This document shows, piece after piece, positions 34,250 to 37,265 of a DNA stretch of 37,265 nt. The stretch covers positions 1 through 37,265 of the IMG/VR virus record IMGVR_UViG_3300017766_002176; one strand, given 5' to 3'. The stretch is from a virus (lineage: Duplodnaviria > Caudoviricetes). The translations under genes and the position numbers were made by a program. The notes beneath the pieces were generated by a model. It ran no database searches and was not told the DNA's origin. It saw nothing but the letters and a program-made list of their open reading frames with translations. The stretch's first letter is position 1; every line of letters starts with the position of its first letter.

Positions 34250-34441
34250 TCACCGTTTGCGGGCCTTGGCGGCGGCCCCGACATAGGTCGTGGTCCGGTT
34301 GACGCCGGCACCGCGCTCCCTGTGGATCTCCCCGCCCTCCTTCGCGAACTTGGCCACCTGGCCCAGTTGACCCGCCGCATCAGCGTAGGGCTTCACCTTC
34401 TTCTTGATCGCGTCGGTCGCGGCTTTCACGTAGTTGGGCAT
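34250..34441 (-). CDS. Small basic hypothetical protein (63 aa)
   Basis: GGAGA RBS; Lys/Ala/Arg-rich; between scaffold and capsid genes. Confidence 0.65.
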   Translation of the reverse strand: MPNYVKAATDAIKKKVKPYADAAGQLGQVAKFAKEGGEIHRERGAGVNRTTTYVGAAAKARKR

Positions 34442-34465
34442 AGGGATCTCCGTTCGGGTTTGGGT

Positions 34466-35371
34466 TTAGGCGGCCGAGTAGTTCGCGCCGCTCTCGCCGA
34501 CGATCAGGGCGTTCAGGCCCATCATCTTGCGGTTCGCTTCGGTGTCGCCCGCCAGGTAGCGTTTGACCCAGGCTTCGTCCTTCATCAGGGAAGCCCGCTC
34601 GGCGACCGCCTGTTCGCGGGTGGCGGCACCTTGCGGGCCGCGGCCTTCGCCGTCGATGAACTTGTCCTCGCCCATCTTCGAGCCGAAGAACCGGAACATC
34701 TCCAGCATCTTCGCGCCGCCGGGAGTGGACTGCAGGGCCTTGAACTCCTCGTCGGACACGCCGGCCGCGGCGGCGGCGCGCTTGGCGACAAAGAGGTTCT
34801 GCTCCTTGTTCGCGCCCCAGGAGGCGTCGAGGGCGGCCTGGTCGGCTTGGACCTTGGCGGCGTTCTCGGTGACGCTCGATCCCTCGGCCTGGTCGAGGAA
34901 CTTCACGAAGCCTTCGGCGACGCGCCTGGCGGTTTCGACCGGCAGGTTCAGTTCCGCGGCGACCGCGCGGACGTGGTCGGTGAAGCCGGCGTCAAGCTCG
35001 GAACCGTCCGAGAACTTGATGCTGGAGAAGTCGTACTTGCTCGGGTCGTCCGGGGCACCCAGGCGCTGCCAGAAGGCCTTGGTCGCCGCGGCGTCGCCTT
35101 CGGTCGGCAGGCGCAGGATCTTGTCCGCCGGCGCGCCGATGAACCGCTCGGCCTCGCGATAGGCCTTGAGGACGTCACGGGCGACGACGTCGGCCGGCTT
35201 GTCGTGCCAGCCCTTGGTCTGGGCGACCCCAGTGAGCTCGGCGTCGAGGCCGGTCAGCCAGGATGCAGCCGGCGGGGCAGCGCCGCCCTCGGGAGTTCCG
35301 GCCGGCGGGGAGCCGCCTTCGCCGTCAGCAGCATAGGCCCGCATCGGGCCTCGGGTCATGAAGTTAAGCAT
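34466..35371 (-). CDS. Capsid scaffolding/assembly protein
   Basis: Pro/Gly/Ala N-terminus; Y.EAERFIG, FWQRLGAPDDPSKY, L..SWG, KMGED; AAGGAGG RBS; position before the capsid gene. Confidence 0.85.
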   Translation of the reverse strand: MLNFMTRGPMRAYAADGEGGSPPAGTPEGGAAPPAASWLTGLDAELTGVAQTKGWHDKPADVVARDVLKAYREAERFIGAPADKILRLPTEGDAAATKAFWQRLGAPDDPSKYDFSSIKFSDGSELDAGFTDHVRAVAAELNLPVETARRVAEGFVKFLDQAEGSSVTENAAKVQADQAALDASWGANKEQNLFVAKRAAAAAGVSDEEFKALQSTPGGAKMLEMFRFFGSKMGEDKFIDGEGRGPQGAATREQAVAERASLMKDEAWVKRYLAGDTEANRKMMGLNALIVGESGANYSAA

Positions 35372-35657
35372 CGGTGTCCTCCTTTAGGGGGTTGAAGTCT
35401 CGGCCGCTATACAGGGCGTACAGCTGCTCGCTTGTCAAGTTGAGGTGCTGCTGTATGCGCAGCCAGACCTCGCGTCGACCTTCCAGGACGGCGTGAAGCC
35501 GCGGATCTTCATGGAAGCAGGTTTCGTTCGCCCGGCAAAACTCGGCCAGATCTCGAAGGACCGTCTGGCCGGCGACGGACGACAGGGACAGCTGGTAGGC
35601 GCGCTTGCGCCCACGCAGGAAGTCCAGGAACGCGCCCCCGTTCTTGAAGGCTTTCAT
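35364..35657 (-). CDS. Bbp19-like protein
   Basis: AY..SVAGQTVLRDLAEFC...EGRREVWLRI; ATGA overlap at 35654-35657 favours this start. Confidence 0.8.
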   Translation of the reverse strand: MKAFKNGGAFLDFLRGRKRAYQLSLSSVAGQTVLRDLAEFCRANETCFHEDPRLHAVLEGRREVWLRIQQHLNLTSEQLYALYSGRDFNPLKEDTDA

Positions 35658-35848
35658 CGCGGGTCGGGCCTCGGCGAGTGATACGGGACGCTGGCCCATA
35701 GTGGCGGGGCCGCCCGGAAGGTGTTCAGGACGTCGTCCGGGTTCTCGATGGTCGACAGGTCAAGATCGAGAACGTGGGTCAGGGCCGGAGCTAGGCGCGA
35801 GTTGTAGCGCCGGAGCTCTCCCCTACCGACTGAGATCAGGATGGTCAC
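35654..35848 (-). CDS. Small hypothetical protein (64 aa)
   Basis: GGAGG RBS; GTGA overlap with the portal stop and ATGA overlap downstream. Confidence 0.65.
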   Translation of the reverse strand: MTILISVGRGELRRYNSRLAPALTHVLDLDLSTIENPDDVLNTFRAAPPLWASVPYHSPRPDPR

Positions 35849-37265
35849 CGTGGTTGTCCTCCACTCTTTGCCGCCATGGCCTCTGCCTTCATCATGGCGG
35901 CGGCGGCCGGCGCGGCTTGGATCTGCTGCTGCGCCTGCGCCTGCTCGGCCCGGGCCTGCCGCTTCGCAGCGATAGCCTTGGGGTCCGCCATCCAGCTTTC
36001 GGGCACGGCCTGGATCATAGCCATATCGCGCGTCGCGACGTCGAAGTCAAACGCATCGAGCGGCGTCGGGTCCTGGGTGGCGTTCACGATGGTCAGGACG
36101 CTCTCCAGGGTCCGCATCATGCCGGCGACCTCCTGGGCGCGCTGGGCGCGGGACAGGGGGCTCGTGTAGATCACGGAGTATTCCCCGCGCGCCTCGCGCA
36201 GGATGCCGGGCATCTCGGGCAGCAGGCCCAGGTCAGCCAGGATGTCGAGCTCCCGGTCGATCATGGGGCCCAGGTACTCGGACTGCTGCCGGCCAATAGT
36301 CGGCGCGAGCAGGATGCCCTTCTCGTTGGTCCGCTCGACGACCTCGGTGGCTGTCATCTGCGGGCTCTCGGTCAGGATCTGGAACAGCGTGACGAGGAAG
36401 GCGTCATTGATCAGCGACTTCTCCTCGTTCATCATGAGCTCGGTGATCTGGATGTTCCCAGTCGGGAGGACGCCGATCAGCGGCCGGCCATCAGCCGACA
36501 TGCCGCCCTTGTTGATCGCGCCCGGCCGCAGGGAGATGTCGACCAGGCCATCGTCTGCAGTCAGGAGGACCGGGTCGGCCGCGCGGTGTCCCTGCTTCAG
36601 GAACGTGCGCTTCTCGGCGTTCAGGGTCTTGATGGCAGGCAGGACGGACATCGCCGGCGAGCGGCCGTAGAGCTCCCCAGGGGTCTGGATGTAGCGGGTG
36701 GCCGCCAGGGGGAACGTGCGGTAGCCGCCCTCGGACAGGAGCTTCTGGCCCGTGATCGAGATGTAGTACGAGGCGAAGGGCTTGCCGCGCTCGTCGATCA
36801 TGTTGGGGTCCCAGTCGGCGCGCGGGCAGACCCGGTGCATGAAGTCGAAGGGCTGCTGGGAGCCCTGCTCCATGGCGGTCTTGATCTGCTCGGGGATCTT
36901 GTCGCCCCACTTCTGATAGGCCTGGCGCGCGGTGAGCCGGAACCAGCGGATGAACCCGTCGACCAGGCCCTGGTGGTTCTCGCGCAGAAAGAGCTCCCCG
37001 AGCGGGACGGACTTGTAGCGCAGGCCGCGGACGTCCTGGCCGGCGGCGTTGACCGCCTGGTCGACGAACATCCCGGCGGTGCCGAAGGCCCCGAGGCTCT
37101 GGTAGTTGTTGAAGTTCTGGGAGGCGAAGTTCCCGATGGGGGCGTAGCGGTGCTTGAACAGGATGCGGGTCGCGTTCTCGAACCACAGGCGGGCCTGGCG
37201 GTCCTTCATCACGTCGTCGTTGCTCGCGCCCAGCTGGTGCCAGACCATGTTCCGCGGCGTCAGGA
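35845..37265 (-). CDS. Portal (head-tail connector) protein, 5'-truncated by the window edge
   Basis: LGAFGTA, GELYGRSPA, PQMTATEV.ER..EK..LLAP, YTSPLSRAQ; frame is open to the end of the window. Confidence 0.95.
   Translation of the reverse strand, partial: LTPRNMVWHQLGASNDDVMKDRQARLWFENATRILFKHRYAPIGNFASQNFNNYQSLGAFGTAGMFVDQAVNAAGQDVRGLRYKSVPLGELFLRENHQGLVDGFIRWFRLTARQAYQKWGDKIPEQIKTAMEQGSQQPFDFMHRVCPRADWDPNMIDERGKPFASYYISITGQKLLSEGGYRTFPLAATRYIQTPGELYGRSPAMSVLPAIKTLNAEKRTFLKQGHRAADPVLLTADDGLVDISLRPGAINKGGMSADGRPLIGVLPTGNIQITELMMNEEKSLINDAFLVTLFQILTESPQMTATEVVERTNEKGILLAPTIGRQQSEYLGPMIDRELDILADLGLLPEMPGILREARGEYSVIYTSPLSRAQRAQEVAGMMRTLESVLTIVNATQDPTPLDAFDFDVATRDMAMIQAVPESWMADPKAIAAKRQARAEQAQAQQQIQAAPAAAAMMKAEAMAAKSGGQPR

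Noticed and set aside
1-37265. General enrichment of CTAG in intergenic DNA
   Set aside because: Largely explained by TAG stops, CTAGGAG RBSs and avoidance of CTA codons in coding DNA; only the longer specific motifs were kept

Overview
Most of a GC-rich podovirus-type tailed phage genome (or prophage), with both ends cut inside genes. Left half: small early genes on + (one has an HhH-GPD DNA glycosylase signature), a primase-polymerase/AAA helicase fusion on -, then a + strand replication/recombination operon (SNF2-like helicase, DUF2800 Cas4-like nuclease, DUF2815 SSB, family A DNA polymerase, RuvC-like resolvase, HTH-metallophosphoesterase, cupin, DUF5664-type dNTP diphosphohydrolase). Right half, all on -: a BPP-1/epsilon15-like late arm (portal, Bbp19-like, scaffold, major capsid, cement, tail adaptor and nozzle, three ejection proteins, a multi-gene tail fibre, holin, SAR endolysin, Rz with embedded Rz1). 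The arms converge on a terminator at about 15.4 kb. No terminase, integrase, repressor, tRNA, CRISPR array or reverse transcriptase is visible. An alphaproteobacterial host is inferred from apparent GANTC scarcity and promoter style. The most unusual observations are: a 168-aa protein carrying look-alikes of Pol A motifs A and C; a late 3'-UTR hairpin whose anti-Shine-Dalgarno loop is complementary to the phage's own RBSs; a switch-like capsid leader complementary to its own promoter spacer; structured leaders before the nuclease and polymerase genes; and a 43-bp exact repeat shared by two fibre genes. All family calls come from reading motifs by eye; no searches were run.
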